Shown in pieces: positions 43,185 through 54,237 of a DNA stretch of 64,000 nt. The translations under genes were made by a program, and so were the position numbers. How positions within the stretch are numbered: the first letter of the stretch is position 1; the number at the start of each line of letters is the position of its first letter. The notes under the pieces are model-generated. The model was not told the DNA's origin and did no database searches. It saw nothing but the letters and a program-made list of their open reading frames with translations. The stretch is from Candidatus Bathyarchaeota archaeon (lineage in GTDB: Archaea > Thermoproteota > Bathyarchaeia > Bathyarchaeales > Bathycorpusculaceae), in the NCBI GenBank assembly GCA_963806535.1, contig CAWDYC010000011.1:32001-96000 (forward strand), in the 5' to 3' direction.

Positions 43185-43763
43185 ATGGATATTAACTCTG
43201 TTATTGAAGTGTTAAAATCAAGGCGAGCAGTACGCAGCTATGAAGATAAACTAGTTCCTGATTCAGCAATCAAAATGATGCTTGAGGCAGCGACTTACGC
43301 GCCGTCCGCAATCAACGTTCAACCTTGGAAATTCACGATTGTTACGAATAAAGCGGAGATGAAGCGGCTCTCGGACATGGCAAAACCTATGTTGATTCGG
43401 ATGTTGCCTGATGTGGGTGACGAGGGATTAGTTGGCTTGAAGAAACGTCTTTCCGATCCACAATACAACATTTTCTACAACGCGCCTCTATTAATCTTCA
43501 TATCTAGTGTTCAATCGCCTTACGCAGTTTATGATTGCTCAGCTGCAGCGCAAAACATGATGCTTGCCGGCTACACGCTTGGTCTCGGAAGTTGCTGGAT
43601 AGGCACAGCACGTCTTGTTGCGAATGATCCAAAAGTTAAACCTACCCTTGGTGTGCCAGACGATCATGAAGTTCACGTTGGAGTGATCTTTGGCTATCCA
43701 AAGGGCGGCTTTCCCAAGGCACCTCTGAAACATCCAGCGCAAGTCCTCAAGCGGATTGATTAA
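43185..43763 (+). CDS. Nitroreductase family protein
   Basis: SRRAVRSY, APSA.N.QPW.F, AAQNMML....LGLGSCWIG, GYP. Confidence 0.93.
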   Translation: MDINSVIEVLKSRRAVRSYEDKLVPDSAIKMMLEAATYAPSAINVQPWKFTIVTNKAEMKRLSDMAKPMLIRMLPDVGDEGLVGLKKRLSDPQYNIFYNAPLLIFISSVQSPYAVYDCSAAAQNMMLAGYTLGLGSCWIGTARLVANDPKVKPTLGVPDDHEVHVGVIFGYPKGGFPKAPLKHPAQVLKRID

Positions 43764-43773
43764 AGGGATTTTG

Positions 43774-44526
43774 ATGGACGTTAAAGGGAAAGTTGCAATT
43801 GTAACAGGGGCATCTGGCGGCATCGGGTTAGCCACAGCCAAACTTCTTTCGAGCAAAGGCGCCAAACTGGCTTTAGTTGCTCGATCAAAAGAAAAGCTGA
43901 AGCAACTAGCCAAGGAATTGCCTGATTCAATTGCGATTCCTGCAGATCTTTCAAAAGTTGAAGACATAAAACGCGTTACAAAGCAGGCATACGAGCACTT
44001 TGGAAGAATCGACATCTTAGTTAACAATGCTGGACAAGGTTATGACGCTCCGATCGAAAAAATCGATCTTGATACGTTCCGTTGCATCATCGACCTTAAC
44101 TTTCTGGGTCCAGTTGTTGCAATGCAGCAAGTTATCCCAATAATGCGTAAGCAAGGGGGCGGCTCCATCATGAATGTGAGTTCTGGTCTAGCGTTAATGT
44201 ATCTGCCCGGCATGAGCGTCTATGCATCGTTGAAACGGGCGCTATCCCACATTAGTTTAACGGCGAGAGAGGAACTAAAAGAAGACAAAATCTCCGTATC
44301 CGTCGTCTACCCATATATCACAAATACAGACTTTGAAGAAAACACCATTAAAGCTGCACCGAGAAACTGGGAAAACACTGATGAGGCCGAAGGAGAGGGC
44401 GGTGGTCCACCGTTTAAGGCTGACTCAGCTGAGTTTGTGGCTCAGAAGATTGTTGAGGGTATCGAGAGCGGTGAAGCGGAAGTTTTTGTGCATGACTGGA
44501 TGAAGCGAGCTCCCGCAGTTAGCTGA
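43774..44526 (+). CDS. Short-chain dehydrogenase/reductase
   Basis: TGASGGIG, DILVNNAG, YASLK (YxxxK). Confidence 0.93.
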   Translation: MDVKGKVAIVTGASGGIGLATAKLLSSKGAKLALVARSKEKLKQLAKELPDSIAIPADLSKVEDIKRVTKQAYEHFGRIDILVNNAGQGYDAPIEKIDLDTFRCIIDLNFLGPVVAMQQVIPIMRKQGGGSIMNVSSGLALMYLPGMSVYASLKRALSHISLTAREELKEDKISVSVVYPYITNTDFEENTIKAAPRNWENTDEAEGEGGGPPFKADSAEFVAQKIVEGIESGEAEVFVHDWMKRAPAVS

Positions 44527-44938
44527 TTCCAAACTTTTTTCTTACATTTTTTGTGCTCAAGTAAATAATAACCATTATGCTCCAGGTTATTTCTGTTGGT
44601 GGCGCAAAACTTGGGATTCCAGGAATGCTGGGCAAATTTAGAATCCTTAACGTGTCTACAACAATGACAAATACTAAGACCGCAACTGTGCCTATCCAAC
44701 CTGCTTTTTTGCCCTTCCAGATAAACCATGCAAAAACTGAAACGAGCAAGCCAAAAACTACCGTGTAAATGTCATAGGTTAATGAGGCTGGCAGAATGGC
44801 TGAGCTTGACACCAAAAGCAGTAATCCGACAAGGAAATGTATGACTCCGATGAATAGTTGTTCGGCAGTTAAAATGGCGATGCCTATGCTTCTGCCGTTG
44901 ACAGTGATTGGTTCACGCTTGACACCCATGCAGTTCAC
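44519..44938 (-). CDS. Hypothetical four-TM membrane protein
   Basis: Hydrophobic helices ending YL....VR..F. Confidence 0.65.
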   Translation of the reverse strand: MNCMGVKREPITVNGRSIGIAILTAEQLFIGVIHFLVGLLLLVSSSAILPASLTYDIYTVVFGLLVSVFAWFIWKGKKAGWIGTVAVLVFVIVVDTLRILNLPSIPGIPSFAPPTEITWSIMVIIYLSTKNVRKKFGIS

Positions 44939-45083
44939 CTTAAATCAAATTAATTAATGGAACATGAAGAAGAGATATAACTTTCTACACCAAAAAGGCA
45001 GTTCATTCCAAAGCTATGAAACTTCGAAGCAAGTTAAAGCCTTATATCCGAAAAACACTCACTTAAACCATTGACGGAAGTGC

Positions 45084-46038
45084 TTGCCCATGGACTACGT
45101 CATTGAAACCACCGATTTAACCAAGAATTTCGGTTCATTAACAGCCGTAAACAAGCTAAACCTAAAAGTTCAAAAAAACACAATCCATGGCTTTTTAGGT
45201 CCAAACGGTGCAGGAAAAACAACTACCATAAAAATCCTTGTCGGATTGCTAAAGCCTACTTCTGGTTCAGTTAAAGTGTTAGGGCAAGAAGTGCATGTTG
45301 ATGATGCCGATTCACGTTTAGGCATCGGTTACATGTCTGAGTTGCCCAAGTTTCCTAAACATCTCAAAGGCGCTGAAATGCTTGATATTTACGGGCGAAT
45401 GTACGGCATGACAGAGCAGCAGAGAGCTGAACAAATCCCTAAGCTAATTGACTTGGTCGGCTTAAAAGGTAGAGAAAACGACCTTATCGGAAAATATAGC
45501 AAGGGCATGCAACAGCGCATCGGTATCGCCCAAGCATTGTTAAACAACCCAGAACTGGTTATTTTGGATGAGCCAAGCATCGGTTTAGACCCAGTTGGAA
45601 TGGTTGAAGTTCGAGAACTAGTTAAAACCATTTCAAAAGAAGGCATAACTGTTTTTCTCTCTTCTCACTTGCTTTTTGAGGTTGAGCAAATCTGCGATCA
45701 CGTTACAATAATTAATAAGGGCTTAATGTTAGCCTCTGATACTTTGCAGAATGTTTCCGGCATGATTTCAGAATCGCCAATGATACATATTGAATTAACT
45801 GACTTGTCGGACGCGGTTATTGCAGCAGTTAAGAAGTTGCCTTTTGTTTCAGGCACTTGGAAAACCGGCTAACACCTTGATTATTCAGGTGAACACACGT
45901 GATGATGTTCGGGCGCAGGTTTCTAAAGAAGTTACAGGTTCAGGCGGAGTTATCGTTGGCATGAGCCAAAAAAGCTCGAATTTGGAAGACGTATTTATTC
46001 AATTAGTTACTAAAGACCAAGGAGGAAAACCCCAATGA
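45084..46038 (+). CDS. ABC transporter ATP-binding protein, frameshifted near 45860
   Basis: GPNGAGKTT, YSKGMQQR, ILDEP, SSH; tail LEDVF. Confidence 0.93.
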
Positions 46039-47006
46039 CAACAATAGCCCCAACTGCTAAGAGAGCTCATCCAAGCTGGTTTACACGCTTCTGGGCAGTT
46101 GTAAGATATGAAATGCTTTGGAACATACGCAAGAAAAAGTTCATAGCTGCACTTGTAATAGCTTTTGTCTTAGCTACTGTAGATTTAGCGTTACCTGCAG
46201 TTCTGAAAGTAGGGCAAAACCCCTACTTTGCAGCTACTTTCAGTGGCGGAAGTTTCACTTTTTTCCTGTTTGGAATTGTAACTGCTATGAACAGCATTTC
46301 AGGAGAGTATGAAAGCGGCACAATTGTTTCCTTGTTAACTAAGCCCGTATCTCGAACTATGGTTTTCTTTGGAAAACTATTCGCTACGTTCATAGTTATT
46401 TTGGCATCGTATGTTGTGATTTTCAGCTACTCAACAATCGGGGGACTTCTTGTTTATGGACCACAAAACAGCCTCTACCTTGTGCCCCTTGCTCTATTGG
46501 GCGATATAATTAGCACATTTATCTGGGTAGCCATAGTTTTAGCTGCCGCATCCATCTCAAAAAGTTCACTACTTGCACTTTTGACTGCTTTAGGCTTGTT
46601 TATTGCATTGTCTTTAGGAGCAAGTGTCGTTGCAGCGTTCTCTGCTGATCCTGGAGTTATTGGAGGGCTAAACTATCTGCCAGGCGGTGGAGCCTCAGGA
46701 ATCATGAATATTACAGCTGGCCAAAACACTACCATAGCAAATGTTACAATTAATACCGTAACATCCGTTTCAAGCGGAACAGATAGCATCGGCTCCAACA
46801 TGGTGAAATCTATTCTTTTCCCAAATGCCAACGTGCTATTTACACATACAAACGTTCTGAGCAACCCACCAGCGCCGCCAACATTGCTTTACACTGAGTC
46901 TATCTCGCTGATTGCATCGCGAGCAATTGGTATAGCGTTTTTGTACATTGTTGTCTTTCTACTAATTGCTTGGTATGCCTTTAAACGGTCACAAATACTA
47001 GAATAG
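46035..47006 (+). CDS. ABC-2 type permease
   Basis: SISGEYESGT...LLTKPVSR...FGK. Confidence 0.88.
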   Translation: MTTIAPTAKRAHPSWFTRFWAVVRYEMLWNIRKKKFIAALVIAFVLATVDLALPAVLKVGQNPYFAATFSGGSFTFFLFGIVTAMNSISGEYESGTIVSLLTKPVSRTMVFFGKLFATFIVILASYVVIFSYSTIGGLLVYGPQNSLYLVPLALLGDIISTFIWVAIVLAAASISKSSLLALLTALGLFIALSLGASVVAAFSADPGVIGGLNYLPGGGASGIMNITAGQNTTIANVTINTVTSVSSGTDSIGSNMVKSILFPNANVLFTHTNVLSNPPAPPTLLYTESISLIASRAIGIAFLYIVVFLLIAWYAFKRSQILE

Positions 47007-47015
47007 AAAACGGTT

Positions 47016-47353
47016 TCAGCTGCTCATCAGTTTGGCAAGTGTAGTTACGAATTGACCGATGCGTTCGCTGTTTCTGCCATAATCTGCTATAGAAGTTATG
47101 GTGGTGACAGGGGTTTCAACCAATAGAGACATTTGCGTAGTTTTCTCATCTATCAACTGTTAAGTCAATTTTAAGTGTTGAGGGGTAAGATATGAAGCCA
47201 CCTTTAGTTTTAACTTTAAGATGGTGAGTAGCTTCGTCTGTTTCTTGGATTTTCCAATCAAGCTTTTCAATTGCCTTAGGAATAGCTTCCCAAACTGCAT
47301 TAAGCGGGTATGAAATTTCAATTTTTTCTTTTTGCTCTTTTAAGATAAGCCAT
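47016..47353 (-). CDS. Hypothetical protein, frameshifted; absent from the ORF track
   Basis: MAYLKEQKEKIEISYPLNAVWEAIPKAIEKLDW...ETPVTTITSIADYGR. Confidence 0.55.
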
Positions 47354-47364
47354 GTTTTTTCACC

Positions 47365-48646
47365 TTATTTTTTTAATAGTTCCATAAGTTTTGGCATTAA
47401 TTCGCAACCGCGATCTATTGTGCCTAAGCTTCCTTTAGCACATTCTTTCTCGCAGAACTTTACAGCTTTTCCGCTGCCTTCTATTTTGTCCCCTGAAATC
47501 AGCACGGGCACTGGCGTGTCGCTATGCACTTTTAAGGAACATGGGGTTGCATGATCTGTCGTTATGCAGATAAGGTTGTCTTTGAGAGAAATTTGCTTTA
47601 GCAATGGTCCAAAGAAGTATTTGTCGATGGCTGAGATAATTTGAGTTTTCAGAATGCAGTTGCCGTCATGTCCAGGTTCATCTGGACCTTTAAGGTGAAT
47701 GTAGAAACAGTCATGTTTGGGCAGTATGTCTAGTAAGGCTTTGACTCTTACTTCGCAGTCTTTTTGGAGGTTGCCTGAAGGCGGCGGCAAAAGCATTGAG
47801 TCCATTCCTGCCAGTTGTGCTATGCCTCGTTCAGCATGCATGTCGGCTAAACATGCAAAGTTCAACATGGTACCGCTCGTTTATGTTGAAGAATTTTGGA
47901 AGTAGATGTCCTGCATCTCTGGTTAAAACAACATTAGCTTTAAGCTTGCCCTCAGCCGCACGCTTCAAGTTCACTGGATGGTTGTCCCACAGCTTATGCG
48001 TTTTATCGATAAACTCGTTGACTAATGCTGCGGAAACTTTTGATGCCTCTGTTTTGTCGGTGGGTTCGCAGGTTTTCAAGACCATGTCAACTTCAGCTTT
48101 TGCCACTCCAAGTCCGTTAACTATTGTGTAGGCTGGGTCGCTGTTTGTTATGTTGCTTGAAAGAGGTTTCTTTTTGCTTTTTATTAGTAGAACTGCCCTG
48201 TGCCCCAGTGTGTTTCGGAATTCAAATGTGGCGGGGTACGATTCAAGTTTAACTTGCTTGTTAGCGGCTTGGCTTAGCTCGGTGGCTTCTTCAGTGGTTA
48301 GACTTCTTGCAACTCGACGGTCAATTATGGTTTTTCCTTCACCTAAAGTTGCAAAGTTACATCTTAAGGCTAAATCGCCATCTTTCATTTTCAAGCCTGC
48401 GCCAGCGGCTTCGATAACGCCTCTGCCAGTGCTGTATTTGAAAGGGTCATATCCTAAAAGAGAAATAACTGCAACATCACTCTCAGGCGCTACACCCTTC
48501 TTCACCGAATACATCAAGCCAATTTTGCCATTTTTGGCAAGAGCATCCATGTTAGGAGTTTCTGCGGCTTCCAAGGGTGTTTTGTTGCCTAAACTTTTAA
48601 TTGGTAAATCTCCCATGCCGTCTATTGCAACGTAAATTAATTTCAA
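47365..48646 (-). CDS. apgM: Cofactor-independent phosphoglycerate mutase (archaeal ApgM), frameshifted near 47860
   Basis: DGMGD...TPLEAA.TPNMD, PESD, GRG.IEA.G, IHLKGPDEPGHDG, TDHATP. Confidence 0.92.
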
Positions 48647-48717
48647 ACCTGCTTTTCCTCCTGCAAACTGGAGCTAACTCGACTGCTAAGCTTTATTATT
48701 CTTTTCATAAAAACAAC

Positions 48718-49677
48718 CTATTTTTTCAAAGAAAGAACATTTCTAATCTTCTCTTGTGTAGCTTGCGGAGTTTCGGTTGTATTCACAAGGTAGACTTCTG
48801 TTTGTTCAAAGAGTTTTCGGAAGAAGTTTTTTCTAAGCTCGATTTTTCTTTCATCTCTGACTAATTGGTGTGGATTACAAAAGTTGTGATCTAACATGTA
48901 CTTCAAGGCTTCTTCAGAATTTAAATGGCTTACAATGTTTTTGTCTTGAGGGTCTCGTTTTAGCAGAATTATTTTGTGCAAAGTCGCCATTGGAATTACG
49001 CCTCCTCCTCCTACAATCCACCGAACATTCACAATTGCCCTGCCTCTTTGGTCAAACTGCGCTTTATCCACCAAACTTTCGTACTTATTCCAAATCTTGC
49101 CTAAATCTGCATCAATGTAACAGTTTTTTTCGGAACCGAATGCTAAAGGCAAATGGCTTGAGAGCCTAACGAAGTACCAATCGTCAGAAATTAACCTCGC
49201 ATTTTTAAGAAGCAACAATCCCCAAGAATGGGTCGTTTTGCCTGTGCCTGAAGGCGCAATTATCGAAACACCTAAGCAACCGATGTCGATTGCAGCGCCG
49301 TGAACAGAGTAAATTCTATGTTCATCTTCTAAAATGTCACCTGCAACAGCAAGTGCTATGCTTTTTATCCATCCATAATAGTCAACGTTGACTAAAAAAG
49401 CGGTTTTCGTGTATGGATCATATTTTACGCTTAAGGGTTGACCGGGCTCATTGACAACTACAAGTCGTCCGTGGGACCTGTTGTTTTCGTTTGCTGTGAA
49501 AAAATTGTCTTCCCATTTATTTCTAGTAGCTTCAGTCTCGGTTAATAGTTTGATGCAGCAACCGTAGACTTCAGCTTTGCTTGTATAAAGTAATCTATGC
49601 TCGTATGTTTCGAATAGCCTGTCTTTTTCTTCTGGGTCAATTAATTGGACAACATAGCTCACTGGATGCATCCTCAA
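48718..49677 (-). CDS. HPr-kinase/PEPCK-like P-loop protein
   Basis: HGAAI...APSGTGKTT...LISDDW. Confidence 0.75.
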   Translation of the reverse strand: MRMHPVSYVVQLIDPEEKDRLFETYEHRLLYTSKAEVYGCCIKLLTETEATRNKWEDNFFTANENNRSHGRLVVVNEPGQPLSVKYDPYTKTAFLVNVDYYGWIKSIALAVAGDILEDEHRIYSVHGAAIDIGCLGVSIIAPSGTGKTTHSWGLLLLKNARLISDDWYFVRLSSHLPLAFGSEKNCYIDADLGKIWNKYESLVDKAQFDQRGRAIVNVRWIVGGGGVIPMATLHKIILLKRDPQDKNIVSHLNSEEALKYMLDHNFCNPHQLVRDERKIELRKNFFRKLFEQTEVYLVNTTETPQATQEKIRNVLSLKK

Positions 49678-50034
49678 AACAGTTTAAACTAGAACTTAGT
49701 GACGGATAAGTATTTCGAGATGAGATAAAACTGCAAAGATGAGTTTTGCAGGTAGAAAAAATTATGTACGGATTTTCTCGCAAATTTTTTTTCTGCGTTT
49801 TGAGTTGCTTTCTGCTATAGGTTTGACAAGGTATTCGTTATGGTTTTGGCTTAAATTGTTGGTTATTAAACAAGCTCTGTTATTTGCTTAGTATCAGAGA
49901 AACAAAAGAATAGTTCCCAAGATACAAAATTATATAATTCTTGTTCAATATATAAAATCAAATAACAGTTGAAAATTGCTAAAAATAATTCTTATATTTT
50001 AGTTTGCAGATCCCAAGTATTCTGGCACAGTTAT

Positions 50035-52237
50035 TCAATCTTTGTTATATTCAGCTGCCTTTTTAGTTTCAATGGGGAGAGTAACTTTGAATGTTGTTCC
50101 TTTGCCTTTCTCTGTTTCAACCCCTATAGATCCATTATGTGCCTCAATTACGCGTTTGCATATTGCTAAGCCAAAGCCCATACCTTGCGCTTTCGTAGTG
50201 ACCAATGGTGTGAAAATTTTCTGCAAGATTGCTTCTGGAATGCCACTGCCCGTATCAGCGAAAGTAATTTCAACGTTCTCATTTGTTTGCTTGCAACATA
50301 TTGTAATTGTTCCTCCGTTTGGCATGGCTTCTATCGCGTTTTTGACAAAGTTGATGAAAACGCGTTCTATCTTGTTTTTGTCAACTCTAAAAGTTGGATC
50401 TTCTGAAACGTTGTTTATGATCTTTATGTTTTCTGGAATTCTTACCATCGACAACGCGTTTACCAGAACGTTCTGCACGGGGTTTAATTCAAGTTCCAAT
50501 TGTATGTTTCTAGCATAGTCTAATAGGTCATTGATGATTTTGTCTGAATGGTCAATTCCTTTCCCGATTATCTCAAGCAGTTCTTTAGCCTGCTCTTCTT
50601 TAATTGAAGTACCTTTCTTTTTCAAGAGGTAGACTGCGTTTTTTATTGCTGCTAAAGGATTTCGCAAATCATGACCAACCATTCCTGCCTAGCTCCCCAA
50701 TGGCAACTAATCTTTCTGCATTAAACAGCTTCTTCTCCAATTCTTTCTTTTCAGTTAAATCTCTAAGTATCGTAACAAAACCGTACGGCATATGCTTAGA
50801 ATCCTGCAAGGAACTAATAGCCAGCTCAACCGGATATGTGGATCCATCTTTCTTTTTGATGTTGCACTCAAAAATTACCTTTGAACCATTTTCAACGAGA
50901 CCTTCCAAAAGTTTAGACACTCTTTTAGAATCTTCGATGGACATAAAGGAGAAGGCTGGTTTTCCAATCAGGTCACCACGGGTGTAACCAGTGAATTCAT
51001 TCATTTGCCGATTGTATTCAATTATGTTTGTTTGGAGGTCGGTTGCTATAATAGTATCTGGAGAGGCGAGGAATATGCTCCTTAACTTTTCTTGACTATT
51101 TTTTAGTTCTGAAGTTCTTTCTTCAACTTTTGTTTCAAGTCTTTCAGCATATTTCTTAAGCGTCTCACGGGAATCATGTATCGTAGCAAGCAAATCATTA
51201 ATTCGGTTGCCCAAATTCGACAACTCGTCATTTCCTTGAACAGTAACCTTATTTGGATTGTCACTGTCGGGTTTTATTTTGGCTACATCATTAGTGAGTC
51301 GACTTACTCTCGAAAGTATAACTTTATCTAGCAAAAAAGAAGTTACAACAAAAATGACAATGCCCAAAACAGCAAATGAAACAATAAGATAGTTCAAACT
51401 ATTTTCTGCCTGCAAGTATTCAGACCTGTAACTATCGACTTTTGCGATTAAAATGGGTGAGCCGCTCACATCTTGGAGCAAAACGTAGCCTGCTATATTA
51501 GTTCTGTTTGTGACTTGTGCAAAGACTGGTTTTTGAAGTGAAAGACTCTTGCTTGCTAATTGAAAATCCGTTGGCATTTGAGTACCTATCGTACGTATTT
51601 GGATAGATAATCCGACAGCTTGGGAAAGAGCGTTACACTCTGATTGGTCGAGAAAAATGCCTATGATTACTGCTCCACCAACAGGCCCCTCAGCTGCACT
51701 GGTTAGAATAGGCTGTGAGATTATGAGCATTGGAGACCCTTCTAAGCGAATAAGTCCCCCTTCGCTTTGTTGTTTGTCATCAGTATAAAGTAAATTATTT
51801 TTAAGCATTTGGCTAATTTCGGAGTATGAAATGTTGATGTTTGTTTGATTTTCAAGGTTTAATGCTTTTCCAAATACTAATTGTCGGGATTGATTGACAA
51901 AAAGCATCATGTTTAGTCCTAGATTGATTAAGGTCTGGTCGGGCAGGTTCGCAATTATGTAGTCTGTATTGTTGTCTTGAATGAATTTGTAAGTGTCGTC
52001 CCATTGGGACCAGTCAATGTCGGTTTGATTTAGGTTTTGAAGCTTTATGTTCAGGTTTGTGACAAATCTTTGGGCATTAGATTCGGCTTCTTTGTTCTCG
52101 GTTACAGTGATACTGTCTAACATTATTTTTTGAGCAACAGTATAAACAACAGACATTAACATAATTGTTGTTAAGAGAAGTATGAGGAGTGTTTTTGAAC
52201 GTATTTTCACGAATAGGAAACCGCCGTACGCGTACAA
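50035..52237 (-). CDS. Sensor histidine kinase (CHASE4-HAMP-PAS-HisKA-HATPase), frameshifted near 50690
   Basis: DWSQWDDTY (CHASE4), GNDEL (HAMP), PAS, GHDLRNPL, N/G1/G2 boxes. Confidence 0.92.
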
Positions 52238-52698
52238 CTAAATTTCAAAGACGATGTAGTAAAGAATTATGAATTAGTGGTAGTTAGTCTGAATACGGTC
52301 CGAATTGAATACTTGTTGAAACTTTGAATCTTACTCGAATAAAGCCTGAGATGACATTTCCAACAGAGACTCAGAATTTTCCAGTGCGGTGTTCCTTCTT
52401 TTTATATAAAAGAAGATGGCTAATCAATAATTTTTTCCAAAAAATGACATGATTTAGAAATTTTTCTTTGAAATAGCCTTATTTCAATCTTTTTTCTTGC
52501 TCTTTTTGAAATATGCCTAGGGGACAGCGTTTATTAGTCTCGAAAAACATCTTTAAATTAATCCCAAAAAAATGGGAAAAGTCTTGTTGCCTCAAACCAA
52601 GCATGCGTTTGCTTTGTGGTTGCAGTGACTTAAATCGCTTATCGCTCAACATTAAAGTTGAAGAAAGCATCATGTCTAAACAAAGAAGGATGATTAAG

Positions 52699-53097
52699 GT
52701 GGAAACGCCTAAAAAAACAATACTTGTCGTTGACGATGATAAATCAATTCTTAGAACGTTCACGCGTATTCTTCAAAAAAGCGGTTATGAAATTGATGTT
52801 GCCGAAACCGGAAAAGAAGCAATTGAAAAAGCAGAAAATCGACATTTCGATTTGGCACTAGTTGACATCAGACTTCCAGATATGGATGGCACTGATTTAC
52901 TTGCAAAACTCAAAAAGCAGCTTCAGACCACAGTAAAAATAATGATTACTGGTTTTCCATCACTCGAAACTGGTGTTAAAGCTCTTGACGAAGGTGCGGA
53001 TGCTTATTTGGTTAAGCCTGTAAAACCTCAGGAACTGCTAATGCTTCTGGAAGAGAAATTGAAAAACAGGGAAGACCCTCAAGAAGCAAAAAGCTAA
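52699..53097 (+). CDS. Stand-alone response regulator receiver
   Basis: ILVVDDD, LVDIRLPDMDG, ITG, YLVKP; divergent from the kinase. Confidence 0.92.
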   Translation: METPKKTILVVDDDKSILRTFTRILQKSGYEIDVAETGKEAIEKAENRHFDLALVDIRLPDMDGTDLLAKLKKQLQTTVKIMITGFPSLETGVKALDEGADAYLVKPVKPQELLMLLEEKLKNREDPQEAKS

Positions 53098-53144
53098 AAA
53101 TTTAAGGGCAATCTGGCCCAATGAAGAATAATTTTAATATAAAG

Positions 53145-54128
53145 TTAAGCCAGTCTAAGCTTAACACTCAATTTTTCGGATAATTTCTCAAGATCTTGCA
53201 CTGTATAGAAAAAAGCCATCCAAGACCACTTACCCCATCTTCGGATGCCTTCACTCTTTACTTCTTCGACAGCTTGCCTGTTATTCACAGGCTCTTTTCC
53301 AAAGAATAGCTTACCGAAGACTTCAACAGACCAAACATCTATAGGGAAACCGCCATTGGGATTTATTATGTCCGCAGAATAATCGCCAATGCCTGGGAGT
53401 TCCATCAATTTATTTTTTGCTTCCTCAGGACTTAGCTTTTCCAGCTCCTCTAGTGTGGGAAAGCCTTCTTTCACAAGCTTGTCGGATAGCTTGACGATAC
53501 GTTTTGCCCTATAGCCAATCTTGCAATCTTTTGCAAAAACTTCTGGATTTAGTTTAGCAAGCCTCTGTGGAGAAGGCCATGTATAGATAGTTTTGTCGTC
53601 AAATTCCGCTTTCTCACCGAACTTCCTAATCACACAGTCCATCATTTCATTACTCCTTTTGAGCGGAGCCATTTGGAGAAGTATGGCTAAAATTGCATCA
53701 GGAAATACAGTATCCCCCGATGATGTGCTATGCATGCCGAACAAATCAGCGACTACATACTTTAGAATTGGATCCTTCTTTGCGAGGATATAGAATTCGC
53801 GCAGATCGTCGTCGGCGCCAATGCTGTGTACTATTGTCTTTTTTATTTTGTCGAGTGCTTCTTTAGAGGGATTTCTTTCGAGGAAAATTTTTGCCTCTAT
53901 GCGAGGATTTTCTATAGTTCCTTTGGAAGTGAGCTTTAATCCGACAAGGGCGTCACTGAGAAGCACGGCTGTCCAGAGAGTACTCTTCTCATAGACCTCC
54001 AGAGGCGTAAACAACGGCCAGCCAGCTGGCTTCCTGATTGTAATGTTAAAGTTGTAGGGAGGAATCGGTTTTATTTCGTAAGTTAACGAGTGACTAAGTT
54101 TGACCATTAAAGTCACTTTCCGCTGCAT
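53145..54128 (-). CDS. HhH-GPD DNA glycosylase (AlkA/Ogg1-like)
   Basis: GYRAK, LMELPGIGDYSA, FPIDVW. Confidence 0.88.
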   Translation of the reverse strand: MQRKVTLMVKLSHSLTYEIKPIPPYNFNITIRKPAGWPLFTPLEVYEKSTLWTAVLLSDALVGLKLTSKGTIENPRIEAKIFLERNPSKEALDKIKKTIVHSIGADDDLREFYILAKKDPILKYVVADLFGMHSTSSGDTVFPDAILAILLQMAPLKRSNEMMDCVIRKFGEKAEFDDKTIYTWPSPQRLAKLNPEVFAKDCKIGYRAKRIVKLSDKLVKEGFPTLEELEKLSPEEAKNKLMELPGIGDYSADIINPNGGFPIDVWSVEVFGKLFFGKEPVNNRQAVEEVKSEGIRRWGKWSWMAFFYTVQDLEKLSEKLSVKLRLA

Positions 54129-54237
54129 AGCTAAATTGGTTTGTTATCCTTTTTGAATACAGTTTGCGTGCGCTAAATTGTTTTTCATGCATGCCTATTG
54201 AATTCAAACCTAAAAATAAAGGAAAAGTAAATTTCGG

